63,138 nucleotides of DNA, filler included, from Octopus bimaculoides (GCF_001194135.2; 5 parts of 4 records of this genome joined end to end with filler, not necessarily neighbours in it), one strand, 5' to 3'; positions 37,100 through 50,087 are shown, numbered from the whole stretch's first letter. Notes: a model not told the origin generated them from the letters alone. Program-made: numbers and translations.

Positions 37100-38465
37100 A
37101 TTTATTTTTTCTTGTTCCATTTTCCTATCATTCTAGTTTTGCAATGCAATTTTATGTGTCCTGTAAAGCCACAGCAAAAACACGTTGCTTTTTTATATGG
37201 ACAATCTTTTTTCAGGCACATCCCACCACATGCCCTGCATGGGTCTACATCCCAATATGTTTTCTGTTTTTCCTGCAACACTTTATGTGTCTTCCAACTT
37301 TTTTGCACTGGTGTTATGTAAAAACACTCTTTCCGTTGAATTTCTTCTATGTCATGTCTTAATTTTAATATCATGTTACAGTCTTCCAACAGTTTCTGCA
37401 ATGTCAAATCTTGGTTCATTTCCAGTTTTGATAGAATTTCCATTTGGATTTCTGTGACCCTTCTGTCAATCCTGGTGCAAAAATCAAACACTTGAACAAA
37501 TCTGGAGTAAGCATATCTAGCCTAAATCTCTCACATTCTTTGTTGATTCTGCCTGTGTAAGTAATGAAGTCTTCATCTTCGCTCTTTTCTATGTTTCAAA
37601 ATTTCCATCTCGTATTAAACAGAGGGCTCTTTTCGCTAAACATTTTGCACAAAATGTCAACTGTGTGGGTGAAATTTATGTTGGATGCTTTTTTTTTATT
37701 TTTGGCAATATGAAGTTACTATACTTCTTCTCATGCTCTGCTGTCATTAGTTTTCTTAAAACTAGACGTGTTTTCATTTTGTCCATCCAATCCTGACATT
37801 CTTTTCCAAAAATTTGTTCAAATCTTCAAAAGTAACTTCGAAGGTTACTCCTACTTCGGGATCATGTTTGAATTCAATTATGGAATTTGTTACATGGTGA
37901 GGCAAAAATGTATTCTCCAGTTTGGTTATCAACTTCATTAGTTGTAACATTTGCAGCTGCAATGCTTGTTGTTGTCCTCATTGTTGTTGTTGTTTTCGCA
38001 ACTCAACTACCCCAGCTAACAAGTTTTCCATATTTTACGATTTTCTTAAGTTTGCACAAGATTTTTGCTTCTTTTCGGTCGAGTTATTTAATTTTCCATG
38101 TGTTAGTTTAAACTCTCCATGTGAATGGCTTTTTTTTCACTCTGCATGAATTTGTTTTTCCTCATCGCCACTGTTATAAAGAGAGTTCTTCTCACTGGTG
38201 TGATGTGTGATTGCCATTGTACTGTAGTTGCTGTTTACACTGGTAGCCACAATAGTTACTAGTTGACTGATACCATTGTATCTCTTCGTACCGGAATAGT
38301 AATGCACTAACTTCTTCTGTCTTACTATCACTGATAGTTCTACAAGACACTAACAAGAACTGTCAACTCTCAACCTTCTCTTGACGACTGGCTACTGGTC
38401 TATTTATAATGTCTGTCCTACCACTTTTTACTGGGGGGTGGGGTATACAGTTTCACTATACAACA
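37100..38465 (-). mobile_element. Ty3/Gypsy (Mag-like) LTR retrotransposon 5' portion: LTR, PBS, gag
   Basis: Gag motifs FKHDPEVGVTFE, KTRLVLRKL, EDFITYTGRINKECERFRL and tandem knuckle CRACGG..KDCPYKKATCFCCGFTGHIKLHC. PBS TGGCGATGAGG. No pol or 3' LTR. Confidence 0.9.
38172..38465 (-). repeat. 5' LTR (294 bp, TGTTG...TAACA) of the Gypsy element
   Basis: TG..CA termini, internal TATAAATA, and PBS 1 nt downstream. Confidence 0.7.
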
Positions 38466-39085
38466 AATTGTGTGAGTGTATAAGTGTACTTACCTGCAGA
38501 CATGTGAGACTATGGGTGTCAATGTACATTTGGATTTGTATGCCCTGTGGTGTGGGTGTGATAGGGTGCATGGGTGGGCGGTCTGTGAACATTGCTTGAG
38601 GGTGTGTGTCTGTGGGTGTACCTGTGTGAATGCATGTGTGTGCTCCATGGTGGCAGTGTTGATGTGATTCCTGTATGTGTCTGGGTGGGTGAATCTTTGT
38701 GCCCTGAGGGATGTAGAAGTGTGTAGGAGTGTTTCTGTATGTGTGTATACCTGTGTGAATGTGTGATTGACTCACATACATACATGTGGTGTGTGCCCAC
38801 GAGTAAAATTATTAATTGTCAATATCTGTGTTTGTTTGTCAATTGTAAAGGAATTAAAGTCCAATCAAACCATGTGACTGATGCTGTTAACAAATCAAAC
38901 CTCAACTCCCCAGACAGAGAGCCATTACCAACATTCCGTATTAGCACATGGTTCTAGGAATCCATATTGGTATGCAAAATTGAAACTGAAGTCGCTACCA
39001 AATTAATAATACCATGTGCCCTGCATTGACCAATAGCAGCCCAATATCCAGAAGCCGTGTTGGACCCACCTCATTCGGTTTCTAT

Positions 39086-39138
39086 AAGCCTGATGAGCCA
39101 GGTTTCTTTAATGAGCCTGTGAAGCTTTAAGTTGCATG
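39086..39138 (+). ncRNA. Degenerate hammerhead motif downstream of a PLE-like C-terminal relic
   Basis: aagc-CTGATGA-gccagg..cctgt-GAAG-ctttaag-TT-gcatg. Upstream frame DREP..FR..ESILVCK resembles a GIY-YIG C-terminus. Confidence 0.45.
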
Positions 39139-40879
39139 GAGCCAGCTCAAACTGTTATTAAATAATACATGCATACTACATACATATACACATATATTTC
39201 TATATGTAAGTGTGTATGTATGCATGTATGTATATATATACATGTATATATATACACACACACATGCACAAATATATATAAATACACACACACACACACA
39301 TATATATACATACGTATACATATGCATATACACACATTATTTCTCAAGCTCAGTCAACAATATAATATAGTATTGACATAAGAAAAGAAAGTCTATTTAG
39401 CTCACTTCAGTGGTGTCTATAGTAGGCTGTAATAATGAGTCATAGAAAACTTCTTATTCCAGATAGCCTCATTGAATTACTGCGCTGATGACAAACTAAA
39501 GCAAAGTGCCGACAAACACAATAATAATGGATAGTTCTTGTCTGTGTTAAACCACAGGTTGATCTTGATTGAGCAAATACATGATCAAAAGCCTTCCGAT
39601 TATGATGATGTTACATTATTGATACTGATTTATCAACTACAACATCGTAGCTATCTTTACTATTTTAACCCCAGGCCAGCCTTGATTAAGAAAACTTATA
39701 AAAAGTATTCAAGCTATGGCCACTTTGTCTATTTTGATTTACTGTTTTTTACCTTTTTACAAAAATAGTGTACATCAACATCATCATCATTGTTGTCAGC
39801 ATTGTCATTGTCTCCACATTCATTTTTACATGCTTGCATAGGTCACATGGCATTTGCTGAGAGACACCCTTCCTCTTCCTATCTCTCACTTATTTACTAG
39901 CAAGGTAGGATTTCCACATGACTAGGCATACTTCCACAGATGATTTGAAGTGAATGCACTATTAGTATGACAATAACACACTTATTACAACTACCATGGT
40001 TGTGTCAACATCTGATGAGTCCAGATTTCACCAAGGTCAATTCAATATTTCATATACCCCAAGGTTGATAAAATTAGCACTTGTAGTATATAGTAACATT
40101 GATTCTTCTGACTGCGCACACCTCAACTAGAAAAATTGGCAGCGTGTCCAGCTAAGGGAAATCAATACAAGAGTACATGTATGGTTCATCAATCGTCTAC
40201 ACTCTAGCCTTGTGAGAAAAGGTCAGTGTAAGGGTCACTCAGTTCGTTTTTAATGACCGCAAGGAATGAGCATGTATGTACACTGATTAATCTACATTCT
40301 ATAAATAATTGGTTAACTTTCCATAGAAAAATTCATCAATGTATTTGCTGGCAGATAAGGTATAAGATGCACTTTCACATAAGATTTGTTACCTTACAAG
40401 TGAATTTTTGGGAAAAAGAACAGATTTAATAGGAATACTTGAATACATCTAGGCAGGTTCAGGCACAAAATAAGCTAGTTGCTGTAATTATGTCAAAGGG
40501 GAATAAAACTTCTCAATGGTGCAGAGGATTCTAGGACACTGCTGTTTTAAAATGTTGTGTTGCATGAGCCAGAAGTACCTGCCCAGACCTTTGAGCCAAG
40601 CCAAGCAGCTGGCCTTTGTTTATACTTTGAAGTAAAATTGCTGTCTTCCATACATACAGGCTTAAAAAGTACTCCCACCAGTGCTGTGTTAATGCACCTG
40701 TCCCAGTGCTGTGCTAATGCACTTGTGCCAGTGCTGTGTTAATGTACCTGACGTGATGCTGTGTTAATGCACCTGTATCGGTGCTGCATAAACACACATG
40801 TGACGGTGATACATAAAAAAATCACCCAGCACACTCTGTTGAGTGGTTGGCATTAGGAATGGCATCCAGCCGTAGAGAA

Positions 40880-41663
40880 ACTCTTTGTGAATGCTGGGCT
40901 GGTGTGCTTTCTTTGCACATGGCTGCAGCGTCTGACTATTGGCACTGCTACCAGAAGATTGCTTGTGTTTCCCACAGGAAGAGCTGGCCTTGATCTTTTC
41001 CTCAAACTGGATAGCATACGCTGGGTGTTTCCTCTTAACATGTGACTTGAAGTTATATAGGCTCACCGCTTGTCCCTTGATGGTGGTCTTGGGCTGGCAC
41101 ATGACACACCGGAGGTACAGGATTTTGGCATTCCTCTTATCCCTTGACGTAAAGACAAAGTAGTCCTCCAGGTGGGGCCACGGGTTCTGAGACCCCTGGC
41201 TCTCAACTTGGGCGACCTGTCTCACCCACAGCTATTGCAGACTCCTCAGTAGGCCCTTTCATCCTCAGGCCAAACAAAAAACGTTTTCACTTTTCATAAC
41301 GATAAGCGGTAACTTGATAAGCCACTAACATTCACTGTTGTCACTGACACTGTAAGACAGTCTCTAATGTGACATCATCGTAAGTGAACAAAACTCAAAA
41401 CTTCAGAATTACACAATGTTACTCAGCCAGTTGCTGCTGCGTCGACTAATCACGTCTTGTCATGTGTACATGTTGTCAGCCAATAGTGTGCCTGATGGAC
41501 TCTTCAAGACACATCCACAGACAGGAACAAACGTATGAATTTTGTAAGCAGAACTAAATTTAGCAGAAGCTAATTGGTCCACTAAGTTTCCAAAGTTAGC
41601 AAAAACACTAATCTGCTAAATGAAAGTTAGCTTTGCTAATTCGTGGAACCATGCCCACCACTG
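40880..41663 (-). mobile_element. hAT transposon 5' end with BED zinc-finger ORF, 3'-truncated
   Basis: Terminus CAGTGGTGGGCA at 41663 with subterminal gctaac repeats. ORF PWPHLEDYF..CVMC..NFKSHVKRKHP..QPSI. Confidence 0.85.
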
Positions 41664-41992
41664 GTTTAGAGTGACTCAACATTAGTAACTTGGTATAATG
41701 AAATGGAATGGATCATGCAGGCTGTTTTTAAAATAAACCAAGTTGATATTATTAATCACACAGAGAAGAGAAAACATATTACTATGTAAGAAAATGAGAC
41801 AACAAACGAATAAACAATTATCTTACGAACTTCATTAGCTTACAACTGTTTTGTCCATAAGATGCAGTGGACTCATAGTTAGGTGCCTGAACAACATCTT
41901 ATAGCTTTATCGGATCCTCCCAATAAGAAAGCCAATACAGGTGTGTATAAAAATATAATTCTTTTCCCAAATGAACTGCACTTCATATTCAA

Positions 41993-42073
41993 GGCTCTGA
42001 TGAAGCTATAAGGTGCTATTCAGGCACTCAACTATGAGTCCACTGCATCGTATAGCAGAAACAGCTGCAAGTT
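41993..42073 (+). ncRNA. Hammerhead ribozyme motif (U16.1>C variant) in the right arm of an inverted duplication
   Basis: GGCT-CTGATGA-A-GCTATA-40nt-TATAGC-A-GAAA-CAGCTG-CA-AGTT. Confidence 0.7.
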
Positions 42074-42669
42074 AATGAAGTTCATAAGATAACCACTTGT
42101 TCCTTTATCATCTCATTTTCTTATTACTGCTCTATACTCATCTAACACTTCATTCTGAAGCATAGTCTTGCAAATACCAAAGCAAAATATATTACTATAT
42201 AAATAATTTGATGATTGATAGTGTATCTAATTGTGTGTCATTTCATTCTTGTAAGTAGGATACATTTGGAGCTCACTGCATCACATGAAATAGATATGGA
42301 TTAATCTTTACTACATCTACAAGGCCGTTTTGGAAAGAGAACAAGTAAGACATGGCTTGTGTGGTTATGTTCACTTTAGGTTCAGTCCCACTGCATGGCA
42401 CCTTGGGCCAAGTATCTTCCATTTATAGCACCAGGTCAACCAAAGTTTTGTGGGTAGATTTTGTAGATGGAAACTGAATGAAGCTTATCATAGAAGCTCC
42501 CAGTACATACTGTAAAGTGGTTGGCATTAAGAAGGATATGAAGTCCTAGAAATTGTGCCAAAGTAGACACTGGAGCACAATGCAGTCCTTCACCTCATCA
42601 GATCCTTGCCAAAGCATCAAACCCATGGAACATGGACATTAAATTTTATATTTATGTATCTACATACAT

Positions 42670-43000
42670 ATGTATCTTTTACTTCTTTCAGTCATTTGAC
42701 TGTGGCCATGCTGGGGCATCGCCTTGAAGGGTTTTAGTCAAATAAATCAACCCCAGGACATATTTTTTTAAAACCTTAGCACTTATTCTACTGGTTCTTT
42801 TGCCAAACTGCTAAGTTACAGGGATGTAAACACACCAACACCAGTTGTCAAGTAGTGGTGTGAGACAAACACACACAAACTATAACGCGCTTTTTTCAGT
42901 TTCCCTCAACCAAATCCACTTGCCAAAAGTGCCACACAGTGGGACTGAACCTGGGACTATGTGGTTGGGAAGCAAGCTTCTTATCACACAGCTACACCCA
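42670..43000 (-). mobile_element. SINE family A copy
   Basis: Collinear with 44827-45208, with an internal deletion. Confidence 0.8.
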
Positions 43001-44049
43001 CGCCTATGTACTTATAATAGAATAAAACTATAAACAGGCAAACAATTGGTATTAAATCAAATTAACATATTTATATACCTAAACATTGACGTGTGTGTGT
43101 GTGTGAGTAAGTCCAAATTTCTTTTGTCAATATCTGTTCAATTGTAAAGGCTCATCCATATGGTGTCATATGTTTCCAGTCCTCCATGTAAACATGTTCA
43201 GGATGTTTGTTGTTTGATAAACAAGCAAATTATTATCTCACTTGGAAACAAGTGGAGGATGGCAACAGAAGGGCATCTGGCCAAAAAAAAAAAACTCTGT
43301 TCCAGCATGCTTTCGTCAGACCCATGCAAGCATAGAGAAAAAGTAGTCATTAAAATGATGACAACGACAACGATGGTGGTGGTAGTGGTGGTGATGCTAA
43401 TGACGATTATGATGTGTGGTGATGATGATACTGTTGATGATCATGATTATGGTGGCAATGATGATGATGACATACAAGTTTTATGCATTCTGCATGGTTA
43501 ATAATAATAATAATAATAAATAATAATAATAATAATAATATCTCCAGTGTAATTTTTGTAATTGCTGAATATTTTTATTGGAATCTTTCAAGAATATAAA
43601 TTCTTTTGAAAATGTGTAGGTGTCTTTTCATCAAGACAATCCTTCAAATATATATTCTAATTTTGACTTGTTACATTCTCAATTGAAGTTCTTGTTAAAC
43701 CGGGATGTCAGATTCACAAGCCATGAGATCATCAGAGCAACAACAGTGTGGGTTTGGACAACCCTCCAGAAAAATGTATTTAACATTCTTTACAATTAGA
43801 AGTATTTAAATCCCACTCAGTGTTACATCTTTATGAAATGTTGAGACTAACAACTGCAAATGGTGCGTATCTTAATGACTTAACCAATTCTTACCACACA
43901 GTATTGTGTCTGTTCTGTTTCCTTGTGCTTGTTTGCAACAGAGGTAATGGGAATTGCAAGCAAAATAAGCCATTAATGTTATTGTTTTCACTTGCTGTAA
44001 ATATTAAGACTAGGACTCCAATTCTAAACCCATTCTCAAAAATAGGTTT

Positions 44050-44540
44050 CTCTTTTATCTTTTACTTGTTTCAGTTATTAGACTGCAGCCATGTAGGAGC
44101 ACCACCTTGAAGGGTCTTTTTTTTTTTTTAGTCAAATGTACTGACCCCAGTGCTTACTTTCATTTTCTTTTTTAAGCCTAGTACTTATTCTATCAATCTC
44201 TTTTGCTGAACCACAAAGTTATGGAGATGTAAACACACTAATACCAGTCACCAAGTAGTAGTGAAGGACAAACATAGACACAGATGCAGACATACACACA
44301 CACTTTCTCTCTCTCTCTCTCCCCCTCTCCATCTCACACACACGCACAGACACACACACACACACACACAGATAGATAGATATACAACAGGTTTCTTTCA
44401 GTTACCGATGACCAAATCCACTCACAAGGCTTTGGTCAGCCTGAGGCAATAGTAGAAGATACTAGCCCAAGGTGCCACACAGTGGAATTGAATCCAGAAC
44501 TATGTGGTTGAGAAGCAAACTTCTTACTACACAGCCATGC
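44050..44540 (-). mobile_element. SINE family A copy with expanded internal microsatellite
   Basis: Collinear with 44827-45208. Confidence 0.8.
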
Positions 44541-44826
44541 CTGTATAAAAAATTAAAATTCTATTAGCTATAACTTTCAAAGTCTAGAAAAGACTTCACA
44601 GAAGACTTTTTTTTTAATATTTTAACATAGTATGAAATGCTGGTATATTTATAACAGCTTTCAAGACAAGGAAATGATTTTAGAATGCTAATTATCTTTA
44701 TTTCCTGTAATATCTCATCAGTTACAAGATTTTAGCTTCATCAAAAGTCTAAGCTGTATTTCACAAGAATATCAAAATAGTTCAACAGCTCGAAGATTCA
44801 GATAATTAGAAAGAATTTTATAGATA

Positions 44827-45208
44827 TACTCTTTTACTTGTTTCAGTCATTTGACTGTGGCCATGCTGGAGCACCGCCTTTAGTCGAGCAAATCGACCCC
44901 AGGACTTATTCTTTAGAAGCCTAGTACTTATTCTATCGGTCTCTTTTGCGGAACCGCTAAGTTACGGGGACGTAAACACACCACCATCGGTTGTCAAATG
45001 ATGTTGGGAGGGGGGCAAACACAGACACACAAACATACACATATACGACAGGCTTCTTTCAGTTTCCGTCTACCAAATCCACTCACAAGGCTTTGGTCGG
45101 CCCGAGGCTATAGTAGAAGACACTTGCCCAAGGTGCCACGCTGTGGGACTGAACCCGGAACCATGTGGTTGGTAAGCAAGCTACTTACCACACAGCCACT
45201 CCTGTGCC
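44827..45208 (-). mobile_element. Young full-length tRNA-derived SINE (family A reference copy)
   Basis: Head ggcacaggagtggctgtgtggtaagtagcttgcttaccaaccacatggttccgggttcagtccc (A/B boxes), central microsatellite, tail gactgaaacaagtaaaagagta. More than 15 partial copies in the window. Confidence 0.9.
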
Positions 45209-46129
45209 TAATTATCTTTTATATTGGAGATCAAAACTTTTGATTTTCTTTGCATAGATGCAAAATGATTTAACGATAGAATAAATATTACCAAAGCAGA
45301 AAGAGATATGTTGCAATACAGTTTTAGGTGCCTCCACCACAATCATTTTACATCTGCTTTTCCTGCTGGCTTGGGTAGGATGGTTTAACAGGTTTCAACA
45401 GTCCAGAGGGCTATGTCTTTCTCTAATGTCTCATTTTTGGCATGGTTTTTACATGGTTTGCACAGCTCAAAGCTCATCCTAACAACAATCACTTTACAGA
45501 TTGCACTGGGTGCATTTTTTCATGGAACCAGCACTAAAGAGGTTGCCTTGCCATCAGCAAGACTAAAGTGGTCTCCCATATCTTGTGTTGCCACTGTTTG
45601 GATAAATTACCTAACACTTAGAGAGTACTGGGTGTTTTTTATGGAACCAGCACTATTGGTGTCTCCTTGTAGCTTGCAAGACAGAAGAGAGCACAGCACG
45701 ATGGAAAAGAACAGATTGAGAGTGAGATGGTATTAATGAAGAGACTCACAGAAGAAAGAGTATTGGAGTGGGAGTAAATGAGACAGAGGAGAAGGGAAGG
45801 AAAAGGTAGAGTAATGTCAGGAGTTAATGTGAAGGTGAACAGAAAGAGGACAAAATGGTAATGGGATATCTTGATTAGGTTGATTAAATGATGAGATGCA
45901 TCAGTCTATCTGTCATGCTGTCATGGTTTGGATGGGTCAGTCTTTGAGAAAGAGTAGGGACACTGTTAGGGGAAGGGACTGATGGAGGGGACAGTTTTGC
46001 TCTATCATCATTTCATATTTTCTATAAAAAAAAACCCCTTTGGTCATGAATGACCATGGGATTGCACCTAGAAAGTTACCCCGCAAGGCACAAGTCCAGA
46101 CAACGTTGTTTATGGAACACCAGCAGCTG

Positions 46130-46352
46130 CCCATGCCTACCAGCCTCCCTTCTCCACGTCATCGATGTTGTCCAATGGAAAGGCAAAGGCCAATACAGCT
46201 TGGCATCAGTGACATCACAACCCATTTCTACAGCTGAGTGAGCTGGAGTAGCGTGAAATAAAGTGTCTTACTCAAGAACACAACACAGAGCCTGGTCCAG
46301 AAATCGAACTCATTATCTCATGATTGTGAGCCCAATGTTGTAACCACTAAGC
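46130..46352 (-). mobile_element. SINE family D copy
   Basis: tRNA-like head gcttagtggtt..gagttcgatttc followed by ttcttgagtaagacactttatttcacg..cactcagctgtagaaatg. Confidence 0.7.
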
Positions 46353-48948
46353 TTTTCTATATCTATTCTGATATTTATATTATTTGTAGTAAGCATCATA
46401 GAAGTCAATTTGTTTCACATCCAGCTGAAGCATCGCTAGGTACACCTCTAGTATTTCTTCATCTCTGAAGGTGATCTTAGTCAGAATAGAAAGGATACTG
46501 CGTTTGATCTTTTCTAGGGCTTCCAAGATTGGTGAGAGCAAGTGGAGAAGACATCCTAGAACTGGGGAGCCTAGTGCCTAATATATTTTGGAGAGGATAT
46601 GGTTCTATTATTGAAACTGAAACTGAGAGTCTGTCTCACAACTCAAGATTCAAAGTACTGCAATATAGCTGCTCCTCTTGACGAAGAGGATTGGCCTGCA
46701 AGAGTCTTATGCCATGTAAAAAGCATTCATACCAGTGCCACATAAAGGCACATGTGCCAGTGTCATGTTAAAAGCAACCAGCATACATTGTAAAGTGGCT
46801 GGCATTAGGAGGGGCATCCAGCCATAGAAACCAAGCCAAATCAGACTGGAACCTGGTGCAGCTCTCTGGTTTGCCAGCTCTGGTCAAACTGTCCAACCCA
46901 TGCCTGCAGGGAAAGCGGATGTTAAAGGATGATGATGATGATATATACATATATATACACATAAACATATATATACATATATACGTGTGTGTGTTCTCTT
47001 TAGCAGTTTACTTTTGAAATAGATATTGTTTTATGTTTGATGGATAGGTGGTTATGTATGTCATTTAGCTTTATTTCATAGAAGTTGAATCTTTTCTCTT
47101 TTGCATATTTAAGGAGACACACGTGTGTGTGTATATATATATATATATATGTTATGTAAGACTATCTAGAACAGTTTGCGAATTCATGAAATAACAAGAA
47201 TTCACAACAATAGATGAAACAAGCAAGAGTGATACAATACAATGACATTTATATTTTTATTTTTAAACATCTATTATTATGCCTGGTTTTTATGTTTCTT
47301 AGCATTATTTACGCATGCATGGTGTTAACTAGTTCACTTTCTAAATATGTGGCTGGTAGTTTCAGAACCTTGGGTCAACCAATGCTTCATAAATGAAATT
47401 TTGGTATATGGAAAGAGGGCAGAAGTCTGACAGAGGGAGCAATCTTTTGTCTTGCAACATAGGCTTGATCTGCTGGTCAGTTAAACACTTCCACCTGATC
47501 CCCTGATCCTTTGGTGCACTAACTATTGGGGCCAGGTCTCACTACCAGTCTTGGAGACACTGTAATAGCATTGTGGCACTGCCCTTCTTTTGACTAAGTA
47601 TTATAGAGATAGCAGAAGCATGACTGTGTAGTTAAGAAGCTTAATTCCTGACCTTATGGTCTTGGGTTCAGTCTCACTACGTGGTACTTTGGGCAAGTAT
47701 CTTCCACTATAAGTATCTTCCTAGGCTGACCAAAGCCCAGTAAGTGGATCTGCTAGATGGAAACTTGAAGAAGCTCATCATATATATATATATATATANN
47801 NNNNNNNNNNNNNNNNNNNNNNNNNNNNNNNNNNNNNNNNNNNNNNNNNNNNNNNNNNNNNNNNNNNNNNNNNNNNNNNNNNNNNNNNNNNNNNNNNNNN
47901 NNNNNNNNNNNNNNNNNNNNNNNNNNNNNNNNNNNNNNNNNNNNNNNNNNNNNNNNNNNNNNNNNNNNNNNNNNNNNNNNNNNNNNNNNNNNNNNNNNNN
48001 NNNNNNNNNNNNNNNNNNNNNNNNNNNNNNNNNNNNNNNNNNNNNNNNNNNNNNNNNNNNNNNNNNNNNNNNNNNNNNNNNNNNNNNNNNNNNNNNNNNN
48101 NNNNNNNNNNNNNNNNNNNNNNNNNNNNNNNNNNNNNNNNNNNNNNNNNNNNNNNNNNNNNNNNNNNNNNNNNNNNNNNNNNNNNNNNNNNNNNNNNNNN
48201 NNNNNNNNNNNNNNNNNNNNNNNNNNNNNNNNNNNNNNNNNNNNNNNNNNNNNNNNNNNNNNNNNNNNNNNNNNNNNNNNNNNNNNNNNNNNNNNNNNNN
48301 NNNNNNNNNNNNNNNNNNNNNNNNNNNNNNNNNNNNNNNNNNNNNNNNNNNNNNNNNNNNNNNNNNNNNNNNNNNNNNNNNNNNNNNNNNNNNNNNNNNN
48401 NNNNNNNNNNNNNNNNNNNNNNNNNNNNNNNNNNNNNNNNNNNNNNNNNNNNNNNNNNNNNNNNNNNNNNNNNNNNNNNNNNNNNNNNNNNNNNNNNNNN
48501 NNNNNNNNNNNNNNNNNNNNNNNNNNNNNNNNNNNNNNNNNNNNNNNNNNNNNNNNNNNNNNNNNNNNNNNNNNNNNNNNNNNNNNNNNNNNNNNNNNNN
48601 NNNNNNNNNNNNNNNNTATATTTATATTTATATATTTGATCCTTTATATTGAACACTCAATATTTCATCTACATTCAATACTTTATTTCATGGTGCCATC
48701 CATTTTTATTTTATTTTATTTTATTTTATATTATATATTGTATATTATATTATATATTGTATATTCCATATTCTATATCCCACATTGGTTCTGCAGGAAT
48801 ATAAATAAAACATAAAAAACAGACAGTGTTGGAACTCTTTTAAACAAAATAATATATTCCTCTATACACAATCATACAAAAAAACCCACCTTTTTTGTAT
48901 TTATTTTTACTCGCATATATATATATATATATATATTATTAATAGTTG

Positions 48949-49191
48949 GCAGAAGTAACAGAGTGACTCAAGGTCCAAGAGTTTCATGTGCTAGCACTTA
49001 TCAAACTAGTTGCAGGTTGAAGACCTGTGAGTTTATATAGCTGGTGATAAATATCTAAAAATCTAGAACAATCCAGATGGAGATATATCTATCACCAGCT
49101 ATATTAAATTCACAGGTCTTCAACCTGCAACTAGTTCAATAAGTGCTAACACATGAAACTCTCAAACCTTGAGTCAACCTGTTACTTCTGC
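48949..49191. repeat. Long fold-back: ~108-bp inverted arms, 24-bp spacer
   Basis: 48949-49056 versus 49081-49191 align with 10 substitutions and two small indels. Confidence 0.95.
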
Positions 49192-49279
49192 TAGAGATTA
49201 ATAAAATATACACATACTCATATTTTGAGTTCTATTTTTCCTGTTTGCTTCAACATACGTGTGTGTGTGTGTGTGTACT

Positions 49280-49650
49280 TGCAGGTGTGGCAGTGTGGTA
49301 AGAACTTTACTTCTTAACTACATGGTTCCCGGTTCAGTCCCACTGTGTGTCACCTTAGGCAAGTGTCTTCTCTAACCAAAGCTTTGTGAATGGATTTGGT
49401 ACATGGAAACTGAAAGAAGCCCGTTATATATGTATATGTATATATATATATATTTATATATGTATGTGTGTGTCCTTGTGTCTATGTTTTTCCCCCACCA
49501 CTGCTTAACAATCAGTGTTAGTGTGTTTTATGTTCCTATAACTTAGAGGTCCGGCAAGAGAGATTGATCAAATAAGTACCAGGGTTGATTCATTCAACTA
49601 AATATTCTTCAAGATGGTGCTCCACTATGGCAGCAGCTTAATGCCTAAAA
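49280..49650 (+). mobile_element. SINE family A copy
   Basis: Head gcaggtgtggcagtgtggtaagaac..ggttcagtcccactg through tail aaacaagtaaaa. Confidence 0.8.
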
Positions 49651-49774
49651 CAAGTAAAAAGGATACATATATATTATATCATCATCATCATTTAACGTCT
49701 GTTTTCCATGCTGCCATGGATATATATATATATATATATATATATCATTATATACGTATATATATTACATCATA

Positions 49775-50061
49775 GTGCCGATGGACTGGCTCCTGTGCAG
49801 GTGACACGTAAAATACACCATTTCGAGCGTGGCCGTTGCCAGTACCGCCTGACTAGCCTTCGTGTCAGTGGCATGTAAAAGCATCCACTACACTCTCGGA
49901 GTGGTTGGCGTTAGGAAGGGCATCCAGCTGTAGAAACTCTGCCAAATCAGATTGGAGCCTGGTGTAGCCTCCTGGTCCACCATTCCTCAGTCAAATCGTC
50001 CAACCCATGCTAGCATGGAAAGCGGACGTTAAACGACTACGACGACGATGATGATGATGAT
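49775..50061 (+). mobile_element. Young RTE-tailed retroposon (family B) ending in (GAC/GAT)n
   Basis: ..cactacactctcggagtggttggcgttaggaagggcatccagctgtagaaactctgccaaatcag..gcggacgttaaacga(gat)n; shares the 3' end of the RTE LINE at 24850-25365. Confidence 0.85.
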
Positions 50062-50087
50062 TATATACATACATATATTACATTATT

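Noticed and set aside
40010-40045. CTGATGAGTCC motif
   Set aside because: Part of a degraded SINE; no GGAC-GAAA partner.
40678-40795. 24-bp unit x5 resembling a CRISPR-like array (likewise the 160-bp repeats)
   Set aside because: Contiguous tandem units with no unique spacers, in eukaryotic retroposon context.
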